Positions 1 to 8,996 of a stretch of 24,020 nt of DNA are shown here, piece after piece. Below the pieces are notes generated by a model that worked only from the letters and a program-made list of their open reading frames with translations, searched no databases and was not told the DNA's origin. The position numbers and the translations under genes are program-made. Origin of the DNA: Candidatus Auribacterota bacterium (GTDB taxonomy: Bacteria > Auribacterota > UBA6266); contig JAGLRQ010000048.1 of assembly GCA_023136205.1 (NCBI GenBank), positions 1-24,020 of the forward strand, given 5' to 3'. How positions within the stretch are numbered: position 1 is the stretch's first letter; each line of letters begins with the position of its first letter.

Positions 1-6
1 TTAAGT

Positions 7-582
7 ATGAATGCTATTTCCAATGGATTCAAAATAGCTGAAACCGGGTTGGGAAGCAAAATTCATAAACCTTCCGCGCCAAAACTGGGCCCGATGTTTT
101 TACAGGTTCTCGGGACAGCTTTTGAAATAATCGGCAGGAGTATTGAAAAAATCAAAACTGTCGAAGAGGTGGATGGTTTAAAGGTATATGGTTTAGAAAA
201 AATGGGAGAACCTCAAAACCTTAATGTTGACAGGTCCAAAATTAGCAATAGCGCGCGGGATGGATGGAGCCAATGGAAAGAGGAGTTAAAAAAAGATCTC
301 ACGCCTGATGTCTTTAAGCAGTGGGAAGAAATATTCTCTACAAATATTATCAACAACGAAATAGATCTATGGGTACCAACTCTCTATGATATGATAGCCG
401 CCTATCAAAAATCACATGACAAAGATAAAACCGTAGAAGCTATGAGATGCTTATGGTTCGCCAGAGCTGTAGGATTCATGAACAAGACCTGGGATTGGAG
501 CAATGAAGAAGCTGAAAAAGAGATTAAAAAGCAGGCACAGGCTTTCTTTTCCAATAGAAATTATCTAATAGAGAAAATTTAA
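7..582 (+). CDS. hypothetical protein, no family recognised; the frame is open back to base 1, so the true start may lie outside the window
   Basis: 191-codon ORF and the only long plus-strand ORF that does not shadow a minus-strand gene. Its stop TAA (580-582) overlaps the convergent nitroreductase stop (579-581) within TTAA. Confidence 0.45.
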   Translation: MNAISNGFKIAETGLGSKIHKPSAPKLGPMFLQVLGTAFEIIGRSIEKIKTVEEVDGLKVYGLEKMGEPQNLNVDRSKISNSARDGWSQWKEELKKDLTPDVFKQWEEIFSTNIINNEIDLWVPTLYDMIAAYQKSHDKDKTVEAMRCLWFARAVGFMNKTWDWSNEEAEKEIKKQAQAFFSNRNYLIEKI

Positions 583-1127
583 CCGTAACGATTTCTGCTG
601 GACATTTCAGAGGTGAGTTTTCTCACTTTTTCTACGGGTTGATCGGAAGGATATCCAAGAGATATAAGGTACCCCACTTTTTTAAAGGAAGGGATATTGA
701 GCGTTTTCTTCACTCCTTTTTCATTAAACCATCCGACCCAGCAGGTTCCCAGGCCAAGCTGAGACGCCTGCAGACAAAAATGCTCTCCTGCTATACCTAT
801 ATCCGTAAGACAATAATCCACCCCCCTTATATACTTGCCAACAACACTGAGAAACATCTTCCTCTCACAAACAATGGCCGCTATTACAGGCGCTTCTTTA
901 ACAAAAGAATTCATCGAATAGGCCCCTGAAAATGCGGCTTCACACACCCTGTTTTTTAAATCCGGATCATCTATAATAATAAAATGCCAGGGTTGCGAGT
1001 TGCAGGCAGATGGGGACAGGCGGGCAGATTCTATACAAATATCTATTTTTTCTTTCTCTATAGGAACAGGTTTATAAGCCCTTACACTTCTTCGTTTCCC
1101 GAAGACATCAAGGAGTTTTTCACCCAC
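579..1127 (-). CDS. nitroreductase family protein (FMN-dependent NAD(P)H oxidoreductase fold)
   Basis: N-terminal RRSVRAY and SPSACNSQPW motifs and a length of 182 aa are typical of the nitroreductase family. It lies 2 nt downstream of the preceding gene. Confidence 0.8.
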   Translation of the reverse strand: MGEKLLDVFGKRRSVRAYKPVPIEKEKIDICIESARLSPSACNSQPWHFIIIDDPDLKNRVCEAAFSGAYSMNSFVKEAPVIAAIVCERKMFLSVVGKYIRGVDYCLTDIGIAGEHFCLQASQLGLGTCWVGWFNEKGVKKTLNIPSFKKVGYLISLGYPSDQPVEKVRKLTSEMSSRNRYG

Positions 1128-1129
1128 AA

Positions 1130-1606
1130 TTACACCAGAACCTTACGCTCTTTCAGCCTTTTTTCAAGTTCAATAAGATTCATTACATCTTCTTTGTTGT
1201 ATTTCAGAAGAAGATCCAGGTCTTTTCTACTTCCTCTCCGATGGTTTTCCCACAAAACCAGGGCATCTTTACCGTTTATACCTTCAGTCTCTCTTGATAT
1301 TCCCAATCGGCGTTCAACTGCTTTAAGCCCGCCTGTAATTCCAACACCCTGGCAAACCCATCTGAGATCACAGGATTCATACCTTTCTCTAAGATTTATG
1401 CCGAATTGATGCTTTATTACGCGCAGGTCAAAACAATTCCCATTATACGTCACAATTCTCGAGGCAGATTCAGGTAAGCTGTCTTGAAGTTTTTCCTGGG
1501 TTATTTCCGGCGCAATGAGCTGAACAAGGCCCGTAATTTTATGATAAAATCCTATAACCGTAATATCACCATCCCAATTTGTTTCAATATCCAGATATAT
1601 ACTCAT
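1130..1606 (-). CDS. RNase H-fold 3'-5' exonuclease-like protein (YprB / PolB-exonuclease-like)
   Basis: Acidic motifs spaced as in DEDD-type exonucleases: IYLDIET at the N-terminus, TYNGNCFDL in the middle, and YNKEDV near the C-terminus. Confidence 0.55.
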   Translation of the reverse strand: MSIYLDIETNWDGDITVIGFYHKITGLVQLIAPEITQEKLQDSLPESASRIVTYNGNCFDLRVIKHQFGINLRERYESCDLRWVCQGVGITGGLKAVERRLGISRETEGINGKDALVLWENHRRGSRKDLDLLLKYNKEDVMNLIELEKRLKERKVLV

Positions 1607-1615
1607 ATTTCAATC

Positions 1616-1888
1616 CTAACCAAAATTATAATGTTTGCTTACGGCTTTCTTTATATCCCAGTTACAATCCATACCTTCGGGAAAGGTAACAAGGTCCCCT
1701 TTTGAAAAACTTACCGGTTTACCGCCTTTTGGAGTAACCATAACTTCCCCTTCAAGTATATAACAGGTTTCCTTTTCATCATAATGCCAGGGGAATTTTG
1801 AAGTTTCTTTTTCCCAAACAGGCCAGTCAAATACTCCCATTTTCTCCAGTTCTTCTCCCGTGGGATTTCTGGTAATCTTAATTTCCAT
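1616..1888 (-). CDS. small cupin-domain protein (cupin_3 / DUF861-like)
   Basis: 90 aa with W-x-H-YDEKETCYILEGEV ... GDLVTFPEG, the pattern of single-domain cupin barrels. Confidence 0.6.
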   Translation of the reverse strand: MEIKITRNPTGEELEKMGVFDWPVWEKETSKFPWHYDEKETCYILEGEVMVTPKGGKPVSFSKGDLVTFPEGMDCNWDIKKAVSKHYNFG

Positions 1889-1933
1889 AGTTTTCCTCTT
1901 TCTTTTTCAACAGATTATGGACTATTTATTCTT

Positions 1934-2608
1934 TCAAATCAATCCATTTTCCTTAAAGCTGAAATAACCCTCAGAACTGACTATTACGTGGTCAACAACT
2001 GCTATATTAATAACCGCGAGGGCATCCGACACCATTTTTGTCATCCGTCTGTCATCATTTGATGGAACAAGTTTGCCGCTTGGATGATTGTGAGAGATTA
2101 TAACACTTACGGCATTTTTTTTGAGAGCATTTTCAACTATCTTTCGCGGGTAAACCGCAGCTTTATTGACAACCCCCCTGCTCATAATTTCCGACTCAAT
2201 AAATCTATTAGAAGCATCGAGATAAATAACCTTAAATACTTCATCTCTCAAACCCTGCATAGAGACTTTCAGGTAATCATAGACTGCCCCCGGCGAGGGG
2301 AATACCGCTCTCCCTTCAACTTTCCTCTTTAAATATAAAGATGTCACCTCTCTGACAAGCTTCATAAGAGACGCGGCATTTTTCCCTATTCCTTTGACCT
2401 TCCTTAATTCATCAGAAGACGCGTCTAGAACACCGCCAAGTGTTTTAAATTTTTTCAGAAGTTCTTTTGAAATCGGTTTTGTATCTTTTCTTGAAACGGC
2501 AAAGAAGAGGAGGAATTCAAGCACTTCGTAATCATGCCAGCCGGATATCCCATTTTGCAGATATTTTTTCCTTACTCTTTTCCTGTGATCAAGATAATCC
2601 GGATTCAC
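1934..2608 (-). CDS. radC: RadC-like JAB/MPN domain protein (UPF0758)
   Basis: C-terminal HNHPSG JAMM-type motif, an N-terminal helix-hairpin-helix-like region (KGIGKNAA), and 224 aa. GTG start at 2608 with GAGGA upstream. Confidence 0.85.
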   Translation of the reverse strand: MNPDYLDHRKRVRKKYLQNGISGWHDYEVLEFLLFFAVSRKDTKPISKELLKKFKTLGGVLDASSDELRKVKGIGKNAASLMKLVREVTSLYLKRKVEGRAVFPSPGAVYDYLKVSMQGLRDEVFKVIYLDASNRFIESEIMSRGVVNKAAVYPRKIVENALKKNAVSVIISHNHPSGKLVPSNDDRRMTKMVSDALAVINIAVVDHVIVSSEGYFSFKENGLI

Positions 2609-2742
2609 AATAATATCCTCAAAATAGAGCCAGCCCCATTATCGCACTACAACAAGTTATATTTTAAAAAACCTCCTTTAAAATATATGCTATACCTTTA
2701 TTGACATTTTTATCATTCGCAGAAGGAGAAAAAACATATATT

Positions 2743-5121
2743 TTAAACTCCGAATGCTATTTCAAGATTGCTTGCAGTACTCCCAGGCTTAAATTTTAAA
2801 ATATAGCGCTTGCCCTTTATCTTCGGAATAACTTTTTTCCCGTTTAGCTTTAAATATCTAAGTTTTTTTATAATAAAGCTTATTTCCTCGTCAGCCAACG
2901 GTGTTACTCCTAATTTCAACGCTATCTTGCCCCTGGTTTTCATTACATCCAGAATCTGGCTAGTGGTATAGATAATTTCAATTTCATCCGTCAGCTTAAA
3001 ATTCAAAGGAAGAATTCTGCATGTGCGTTCAGGGAGAACGAAAGAACCTTTTTCCGGAATTCTAATTCTTTTCCCTTTTTTAGCTCCGGAAATACTCAAA
3101 AACACATCTTTGTCAAGCTGGTGATAGTTAGAAACAAAAAGGAAGTTTGTTTCTCCGCTTGTCCTCATAACGGTTTGAATCCCTCTGTTCGATTTTTTTA
3201 CACGGGGATTAAGGCCTATCTTTTTCAGAAAACCTTCCACCATATCTATATGATAATTAAATATATGTTTTAGCCCAAAACCGTAGGCAATAACTTTACC
3301 CTTCCCTGCCTTTTTAAATACCGAGGCAATATTGCCTTTCTCAGTTTTAAAGAGGGTTTCTCCGCATCCGCGGCTAAACACACTTACCGGAGTTTCAACC
3401 CTCATTAAATCCCCATTGTCTTCAATAAATTTATCTACGCTAACCTTCGGTTTAAGATGAAGTTTATTACGCAGGTAACCGCAATTTTCACCCGAAAGGC
3501 CTTTTGAAGGTAAATCCGGACCTATAATAAGGCTGCCTCCATTTTCTACAAACTCATATATTTTCCCCTGAGTTTCTCTGTCCATAAAATCAAGGCTGAA
3601 AACAACCAGTGTTTTTTCATCTTTAATTTTATCGGATTGAAGATCCACCATCTTAAAATTATAACCGGACAGTTCAAGCAGCCTGCAAATACCATCAAAA
3701 AACATGCTATTTCTTTTATAATTCATTTCATCAGCAAAACTTCCCTTCAGGTATTCTGTCATATAATAAGGCATGTAGAAACCAATTGATAAATCAGCCT
3801 CTTTCTTAGATGATGCCAGAGATTCCCCAAAAATTTTAAAAACCTTGCCCCATTTTTTTATCGGTTCGAAGTGAGGCATTGTTGTGCCGTCAAGAGCAAC
3901 CGGAGCCTGCCACTTGTGGTATGTCCCCAGGTATCCCATATCATGAGGATTCTTTCCCGAAGCAAACATATAGCAATTTAATCCATTAAGGCCGTGGCCG
4001 CATGAGCTGAAAATATTCAAGTCAACATCCGAGGGATAAAGAACGGGCTTATCAAACATGATACCGGTCTGCAATTCAGCACATATAGAAGGAGAATTTT
4101 TATCCGCAATCATTTTCACCACTTCAGTGGCCACTGCTATATCATGGAAGTTTTCATAATCAAGGCGCCTCATCTGGTATGCCCCGCCCAGAACAAGATT
4201 GTCTACCTTCTTCGAAAATTCAGTGAACATGGACGATGTCATTGGGCTAAACAACCCTCTGCCGTAAACATCAAAATCAGCAAACTGGGCTATGTTGGCA
4301 ACAAGAGGAGTCTCAACTCCAAGCGACCTTGCTGTATCAGCCAAAAAACAGTAATAGTCCGCGTAATATTCTCTCCAGAAATAGGCCCAGTCCCAGTACT
4401 TTTGGCCTGGCTGGCTATCATAGCATGGGGAATAAAGCTTTGTTTCGGAAAAACTTTTAAACCGCGTGCCATATGCCTTATTAAGCGCTTCAACTCTCTC
4501 ATACTTATTCTTTAAAAACTTTTTATACATTGCCCTGGTTTGCGGGCTGTAATCTGTCCGCTTAGAGAGCCAGTTTTTCATGCTTATTTCGTTATCAAGC
4601 TGAACCAATGCCACATTACCGCCGCGGGAAATCTGTTTCGGCGCTATAACCGGTATAACCCTTTCATACCACTTCCTGACAAACTTTCTATAAACAGGGC
4701 TTGTAAAGCAGATCATTGATCTTTCAACAGTAGAACCGTCCGGGTTTTTTAGATCAACCTCAGGATATCTATCAAGGAGCCATCCCGGCAAGCCATCATC
4801 GATTATTTCTGCGTGGCAGATCGGGCCCACTCTCAAAAAAAGCTTCAGGCCTTCATGCTCAGCCATATTCAGAAAGGCAACAAGGTTTCTCTCTTTTTTT
4901 GTCTTTCCTGTAAAGTCAAATTTGCCCTCGGCATATTCGTGCCATCTCCAGGGAATATATGTAGAAACAGTATTTAATCCGGCTTCCTTCGCTCTTTTTA
5001 AATATGTTTTCCATATTTTATATGGCGACCTGAAATAATGAATTTCCCCTGAATAAGAAATAAACGGCTTCTCGTTCAAGACAAAATTTCCATCTTTCAA
5101 TAGAAGTTTTTTATTTTTCAT
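2743..5121 (-). CDS. glycoside hydrolase, GH35-like beta-galactosidase; no signal peptide, so predicted cytosolic
   Basis: The N-terminal TIM-barrel region GEIHYFRSP...AGLNTVSTYIPWRWHE...GKFDF...GPICHAEI..GLPGWL and VQLDNE match the GH35 architecture. GGAGA Shine-Dalgarno sequence upstream of the ATG. Confidence 0.65.
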   Translation of the reverse strand: MKNKKLLLKDGNFVLNEKPFISYSGEIHYFRSPYKIWKTYLKRAKEAGLNTVSTYIPWRWHEYAEGKFDFTGKTKKERNLVAFLNMAEHEGLKLFLRVGPICHAEIIDDGLPGWLLDRYPEVDLKNPDGSTVERSMICFTSPVYRKFVRKWYERVIPVIAPKQISRGGNVALVQLDNEISMKNWLSKRTDYSPQTRAMYKKFLKNKYERVEALNKAYGTRFKSFSETKLYSPCYDSQPGQKYWDWAYFWREYYADYYCFLADTARSLGVETPLVANIAQFADFDVYGRGLFSPMTSSMFTEFSKKVDNLVLGGAYQMRRLDYENFHDIAVATEVVKMIADKNSPSICAELQTGIMFDKPVLYPSDVDLNIFSSCGHGLNGLNCYMFASGKNPHDMGYLGTYHKWQAPVALDGTTMPHFEPIKKWGKVFKIFGESLASSKKEADLSIGFYMPYYMTEYLKGSFADEMNYKRNSMFFDGICRLLELSGYNFKMVDLQSDKIKDEKTLVVFSLDFMDRETQGKIYEFVENGGSLIIGPDLPSKGLSGENCGYLRNKLHLKPKVSVDKFIEDNGDLMRVETPVSVFSRGCGETLFKTEKGNIASVFKKAGKGKVIAYGFGLKHIFNYHIDMVEGFLKKIGLNPRVKKSNRGIQTVMRTSGETNFLFVSNYHQLDKDVFLSISGAKKGKRIRIPEKGSFVLPERTCRILPLNFKLTDEIEIIYTTSQILDVMKTRGKIALKLGVTPLADEEISFIIKKLRYLKLNGKKVIPKIKGKRYILKFKPGSTASNLEIAFGV

Positions 5122-5165
5122 AAAATCTCCGTTAATTATTTTATGGATTAAAAATTCGGCAGGAC

Positions 5166-6284
5166 TTACTTTTTCTTCCTATCCATCAATACCGCACCGA
5201 TAATAATAATGCCCTTTACTATTTCCTGATAAAAAGAAGGGATGTGTAATAACTGCATGCCATTATTTAAAACACCAATAATAAAAGCGCCTATGATAGA
5301 TCCGCCCACACTGCCATAGCCTCCTGAAAGACTGGTGCCGCCAATAACCACAGAGGCAATCGCGTCAAGTTCAAACATTACACCAGCCGTTGGTACCCCG
5401 GCATTAAGCCGGGCAGCCAGGACCATTCCGGAAACAGCCGCCAGAACTCCCATAATGGTAAAGACCAAAAATTTGACCAACTTAACATTTATACCTGAAA
5501 GCCTGGAAGCTTCTTCATTTCCCCCAACGGCATATACATAACGCCCAAATCTGGTGCGGCGTAAAACACACATTCCCGCAAAAGCTATTACCAAAAATAT
5601 TAAAGCTCCCATCGGTAAACCGCGGTATGATACCAGCCAAATTGTAAAAGCTGCGGCAGCGAATATAAGCAAAATATTCATTATACCAGCTATGGTAGAA
5701 TTAGAAGTTTGCCCATTTAACCTTTTCTTCCTTTTTTGCATCGCGGTAAAAAAAGCCAGCACCAGGAAGCCTAAAACAATGGCCGTAATAGCAACAGGGG
5801 GAGAAATATAACTTTCGCTTATATCCAAAAAACTGTCGTTAAGGCCGGATATAGCCTGCCCTTTGGAAATCACTAAGCACAACCCGCGGGCAATAGTCAT
5901 CATACCCAACGTAATAATAAAGGGGGGTATTTTAAATTTAGTAACAAAAAAACCGTTCCATCCGCCAATAATCGCCCCGGCAATAAGGGTTAAAATAATT
6001 GCGGGGATTGTTCCCAATGATTGCGACATGGCAGCAATTATCCCGGTCAAAGCAACTACCGAACCAACTGAAAGGTCAATTCCCCCTATAAGAATCACCA
6101 GTGTCATACCCACAGCCAGTATGCCGTTTACAGAAACCTGGCGTAAAACATTCACAAGGTTTCTCTGGGTGAAAAATGTTCCACGGGTTAAAATGGTGAC
6201 TATAATAACTAAAGTTATCAGGCCGATTAAATTACCATATTTCTTAATCAGCGCCTGCTGAAAAAACTTTTTCTTAAGACCCAT
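5166..6284 (-). CDS. sugar ABC transporter permease (CUT2 / RbsC-type, BPD_transp_2 fold)
   Basis: 372 aa and highly hydrophobic, with about 10 TM segments. Contains a GGIDLSVGS motif and TRFGRYVYAVGGNEEA, typical of ribose/galactose/xylose-type permeases. Overlaps the ATPase gene by 11 nt. Confidence 0.85.
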   Translation of the reverse strand: MGLKKKFFQQALIKKYGNLIGLITLVIIVTILTRGTFFTQRNLVNVLRQVSVNGILAVGMTLVILIGGIDLSVGSVVALTGIIAAMSQSLGTIPAIILTLIAGAIIGGWNGFFVTKFKIPPFIITLGMMTIARGLCLVISKGQAISGLNDSFLDISESYISPPVAITAIVLGFLVLAFFTAMQKRKKRLNGQTSNSTIAGIMNILLIFAAAAFTIWLVSYRGLPMGALIFLVIAFAGMCVLRRTRFGRYVYAVGGNEEASRLSGINVKLVKFLVFTIMGVLAAVSGMVLAARLNAGVPTAGVMFELDAIASVVIGGTSLSGGYGSVGGSIIGAFIIGVLNNGMQLLHIPSFYQEIVKGIIIIGAVLMDRKKK

Positions 6285-7809
6285 CGTTACCTCCGGTCGC
6301 GTAGAACATTATTTTCTCCTGAGTAGATTCACCTTTCAAAAATTCCTTCACCATTCTACCTTCGTGCATTACCAAAATCCTGTCACTCATACCTAAAATT
6401 TCCGGTAAATCCGAGGAAACCATCACTACAGCTACACCTTTTTTAGTCAATCCATTTATTATTTGATAAATTTCAACCTTCGCCCCAACATCAACTCCGC
6501 GGGTGGGCTCGTCCAGCAAAAGTATCTTAGGGTCGGTAGCTAACCACTTCGCGATAACTACTTTCTGTTGATTACCGCCGCTTAAAGTACCTACTGTAGT
6601 TTCAGAGGAAGGGGTTTTTATCTTTAAACTCTGAGTATATTTTTCAATAACTTCATGTTCCTGCTGTTTTCTAATTATCTGATACCAACTTAGTTTCTCC
6701 AGGCTGGAGAGAGTAACATTTTCTCCTACTCCCATGCCCAGAACAAGCCCGAAAAGCTTGCGGTCTTCGGTTACCAGCCCAAGTCCATAATCTATAGCCT
6801 GGTGAGTAGACCTGATATCTGTTCGTTTCCCTTCAATACAAACTTCTCCGGCCGAATCAGCGGGGAATGAACCAAATATGGCAGTTAACAATTCAGACCT
6901 TCCTGAACCCATTAACCCGTAAATACCCAGAACTTCCCCTTTTCTCGCTTGAAAATTAACTTCTCTGACTACCTTTTCACCAAGTAAAAAAGGGTGGTTA
7001 ACAAAAAAATCTTTTACTTCCAGAACAGCTTCATTAATCTGAACCGTTTGCTTTGGATACATATCTTTTATATCCCGGCCAACCATTTTGGCTATTAATT
7101 CCTGACGGGTCAGTTCCGCGGTCAACTTGCTGCCCACAGTCTTCCCATCCCGAAGAACAGTAACTCTATCTGTAATCTCGAAAATTTCATCCAACTTATG
7201 CGAAATATATACCATGCTGACACCGCGCTCACGCAAAGAGTTTATCATTTTAAAAAGGCTTTCAATTTCATGGTCCGTAAGAGCGCTGGTAGGTTCATCC
7301 AGTATTAAAATCCTGGCGTCATAAGAAAGTGCTTTGGCTATTTCCACCATTTGCTGTTTGCCAATGCTCAAATTCTCAATATTCTCATCAGGTGCAATGG
7401 AAATGTTTAATAAATTTAATAATTCTTTCGCTTGATTGAAAAGCCTCTTCCAGCTAATAATTCCGGTTTTGCCTACCGTAGGTTCACGCCCCAAAAATAT
7501 ATTCTCAGCTACAGTAAGTTTAGGTATTAAATTTAACTCCTGATAGATAATGGCTATACCCGTTTCTTCGGAATCTTTCGGCCTGCTGAATTCACATTTT
7601 TTACCTTTCCAAAAAATCTCACCGCTATAGCTAGGGAAAGGGTAAGCTCCACTGAGTATCTTCATTAAAGTTGATTTGCCGGCTCCGTTTTCTCCTACCA
7701 GGCCCAGAACTTCACCTTCTTTTAAATAAAAACTGACATTATCCAGGGCACGAACACCAGGAAAATCTTTAATGATATTTTTGGTCTCTAAAATTATTTC
7801 ATTTTCCAT
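6274..7809 (-). CDS. sugar ABC transporter ATP-binding protein, duplicated ABC cassette (RbsA/MglA-type)
   Basis: Walker A GENGAGKST, signatures LSIGKQQ and LSGGNQQK, and Walker B ILILDEPT and LLLDEPT. The 511 aa two-cassette layout is typical of CUT2 importers. Confidence 0.9.
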   Translation of the reverse strand: MENEIILETKNIIKDFPGVRALDNVSFYLKEGEVLGLVGENGAGKSTLMKILSGAYPFPSYSGEIFWKGKKCEFSRPKDSEETGIAIIYQELNLIPKLTVAENIFLGREPTVGKTGIISWKRLFNQAKELLNLLNISIAPDENIENLSIGKQQMVEIAKALSYDARILILDEPTSALTDHEIESLFKMINSLRERGVSMVYISHKLDEIFEITDRVTVLRDGKTVGSKLTAELTRQELIAKMVGRDIKDMYPKQTVQINEAVLEVKDFFVNHPFLLGEKVVREVNFQARKGEVLGIYGLMGSGRSELLTAIFGSFPADSAGEVCIEGKRTDIRSTHQAIDYGLGLVTEDRKLFGLVLGMGVGENVTLSSLEKLSWYQIIRKQQEHEVIEKYTQSLKIKTPSSETTVGTLSGGNQQKVVIAKWLATDPKILLLDEPTRGVDVGAKVEIYQIINGLTKKGVAVVMVSSDLPEILGMSDRILVMHEGRMVKEFLKGESTQEKIMFYATGGNDGS

Positions 7810-7834
7810 AAAGGTTTAGAATTTTCTTCTTTTT

Positions 7835-8833
7835 TTATTTCTTAAATTTCAAGTCCGGCCAGCGTTCCTCCATTACTTCAATATTTTCCATGGTAATCAG
7901 GCGCACAGGTGTTAACTTAACCGGAACTTTATATTCGCCATTTTGAATCTCTTTATCAGTCTCAAATTTTTCACCTTTGGCCATTTTTACAGCTACCTCA
8001 AAAGCTCCCAGCCCTAATTGATAAGGCATTTTGTCTACATCGGCATTATTGGTTCCGTTGATTATCGCCTTACAGCTGTCCTTATCTGAATCAGAACCAA
8101 TTGTAACCACCTTCCCCGTCAAACCTTCAGAAACTAAAGCCTGTACAGCTCCCATAATCATACCGCTATTATTTGCTAATATCCCCTGAATATTATTATT
8201 GTAATTTGTCAGCGCGTTTTCAGTAGTTGCCATAGCTAAATCTCTTGACCATGCTCTATGCGCGTGGTCTACTACTATCTTGATATCGGGGAACTTCTTA
8301 AAAACATCTTTATTCCCGGAGGTTATCTCTCTGGCTACATCATTGCCGGCTTCCCCTTCCAGAATAATTACGTTTCCTTTCGCGTTAAGTTGTTCAACCA
8401 TATACCTGGCCTGAATTTGGCCTACAAGAAAACTATCAGCAGTAACATGACAATCTACTTTAACATTGGTTGGAAGTCTATCCATGGAAACCACAGGTAC
8501 GTTTTCCCTGTGCGCCTTTTTAACAAGTCCGGCGGCAGCCGCGGTATTAACCGAATGTAAAATTAAAACGTCAATTCCCTGAGCCAAAAGGTCCTCTACA
8601 TTACCAACCTGGGCCATTTCATTGTTGTTGGAAGAAACCCAGTAGACTTCAGCATCATATTTATCCTTATTATCCATCATCGCCTTCTTCATAAAAGAAT
8701 AGACTGCTTCTTGCATTGTAGCCACGCTTACGCCGATTTTAATTTTGGACTTCTTACCCCCGTAAGAAAAATTTGTTGTAAACAAAAATAAGCCAATTAA
8801 CAGAAAAATGCCGGCCGCTCTGATAGATCTCAT
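7835..8833 (-). CDS. periplasmic sugar-binding protein of the CUT2 ABC transporter (RbsB/XylF-like)
   Basis: Signal peptide followed by a type I periplasmic-binding fold sequence. I place the start at ATG 8833 because a perfect AGGAGG (8840-8845, minus strand) lies 6 nt upstream. The ORF-track GTG at 8854 has no Shine-Dalgarno sequence. Confidence 0.8.
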   Translation of the reverse strand: MRSIRAAGIFLLIGLFLFTTNFSYGGKKSKIKIGVSVATMQEAVYSFMKKAMMDNKDKYDAEVYWVSSNNNEMAQVGNVEDLLAQGIDVLILHSVNTAAAAGLVKKAHRENVPVVSMDRLPTNVKVDCHVTADSFLVGQIQARYMVEQLNAKGNVIILEGEAGNDVAREITSGNKDVFKKFPDIKIVVDHAHRAWSRDLAMATTENALTNYNNNIQGILANNSGMIMGAVQALVSEGLTGKVVTIGSDSDKDSCKAIINGTNNADVDKMPYQLGLGAFEVAVKMAKGEKFETDKEIQNGEYKVPVKLTPVRLITMENIEVMEERWPDLKFKK

Positions 8834-8861
8834 GGTTTTCCTCCTTTTTTCCACAATGAAC

Positions 8862-8890
8862 CTTTCACATTTTACAGAAATGCTTTCACA
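8862..8890 (-). promoter_or_regulatory. two direct TGTGAAAG boxes 21 bp apart in the leader of the sugar ABC operon (candidate operator)
   Basis: On the plus strand, ctttcaca occurs at 8862-8869 and 8883-8890. Both lie between a candidate promoter (TTGCAC 8931-8926, TATTAT 8907-8902, minus strand) and the Shine-Dalgarno sequence. A related gtgaaaag in the opposite orientation sits at about 8955-8962. Confidence 0.25.
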
Positions 8891-8996
8891 ATCAGGATAT
8901 TATAATAACTATATTTTATTTATATGTGCAAGGGAAAAATTATTGAAAGAATAGTGAAAAGATCAATTAAAATAATTAATTATAAGTTTTTATTGT

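Noticed and set aside
639-1409. Plus-strand ORFs 639-929 and 984-1409, and the similar antisense or alternate-frame ORFs elsewhere (2084-2332, 4144-4515, 4290-4502, 5335-6261, 7127-7324, 8258-8560, 9140-9427, 9625-10197, 10254-10523, 12481-13154, 13439-16003, 16697-16888, 17403-17786, 20037-20339, 20494-20676, 21312-21494, 21797-21994, 23192-23620)
   Set aside because: All lie wholly inside confidently assigned genes on the opposite strand or in another frame. They have low-complexity, S/F/I/L-rich compositions typical of shadow ORFs and lack Shine-Dalgarno sequences.
1934-2608. RadC as a mobile-element anti-restriction gene
   Set aside because: It has the full-length housekeeping architecture (an N-terminal HhH region plus the JAB domain), and it sits among metabolic genes with no repeats or integrase nearby.
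2701-2745. Plus-strand TTGACA followed by AGGAGA in the radC/GH35 intergenic region, suggesting a small plus-strand gene
   Set aside because: No ATG, GTG or TTG lies at a suitable distance from the AGGAGA. The only short frame runs antisense into the glycosidase gene and is about 18 codons long.
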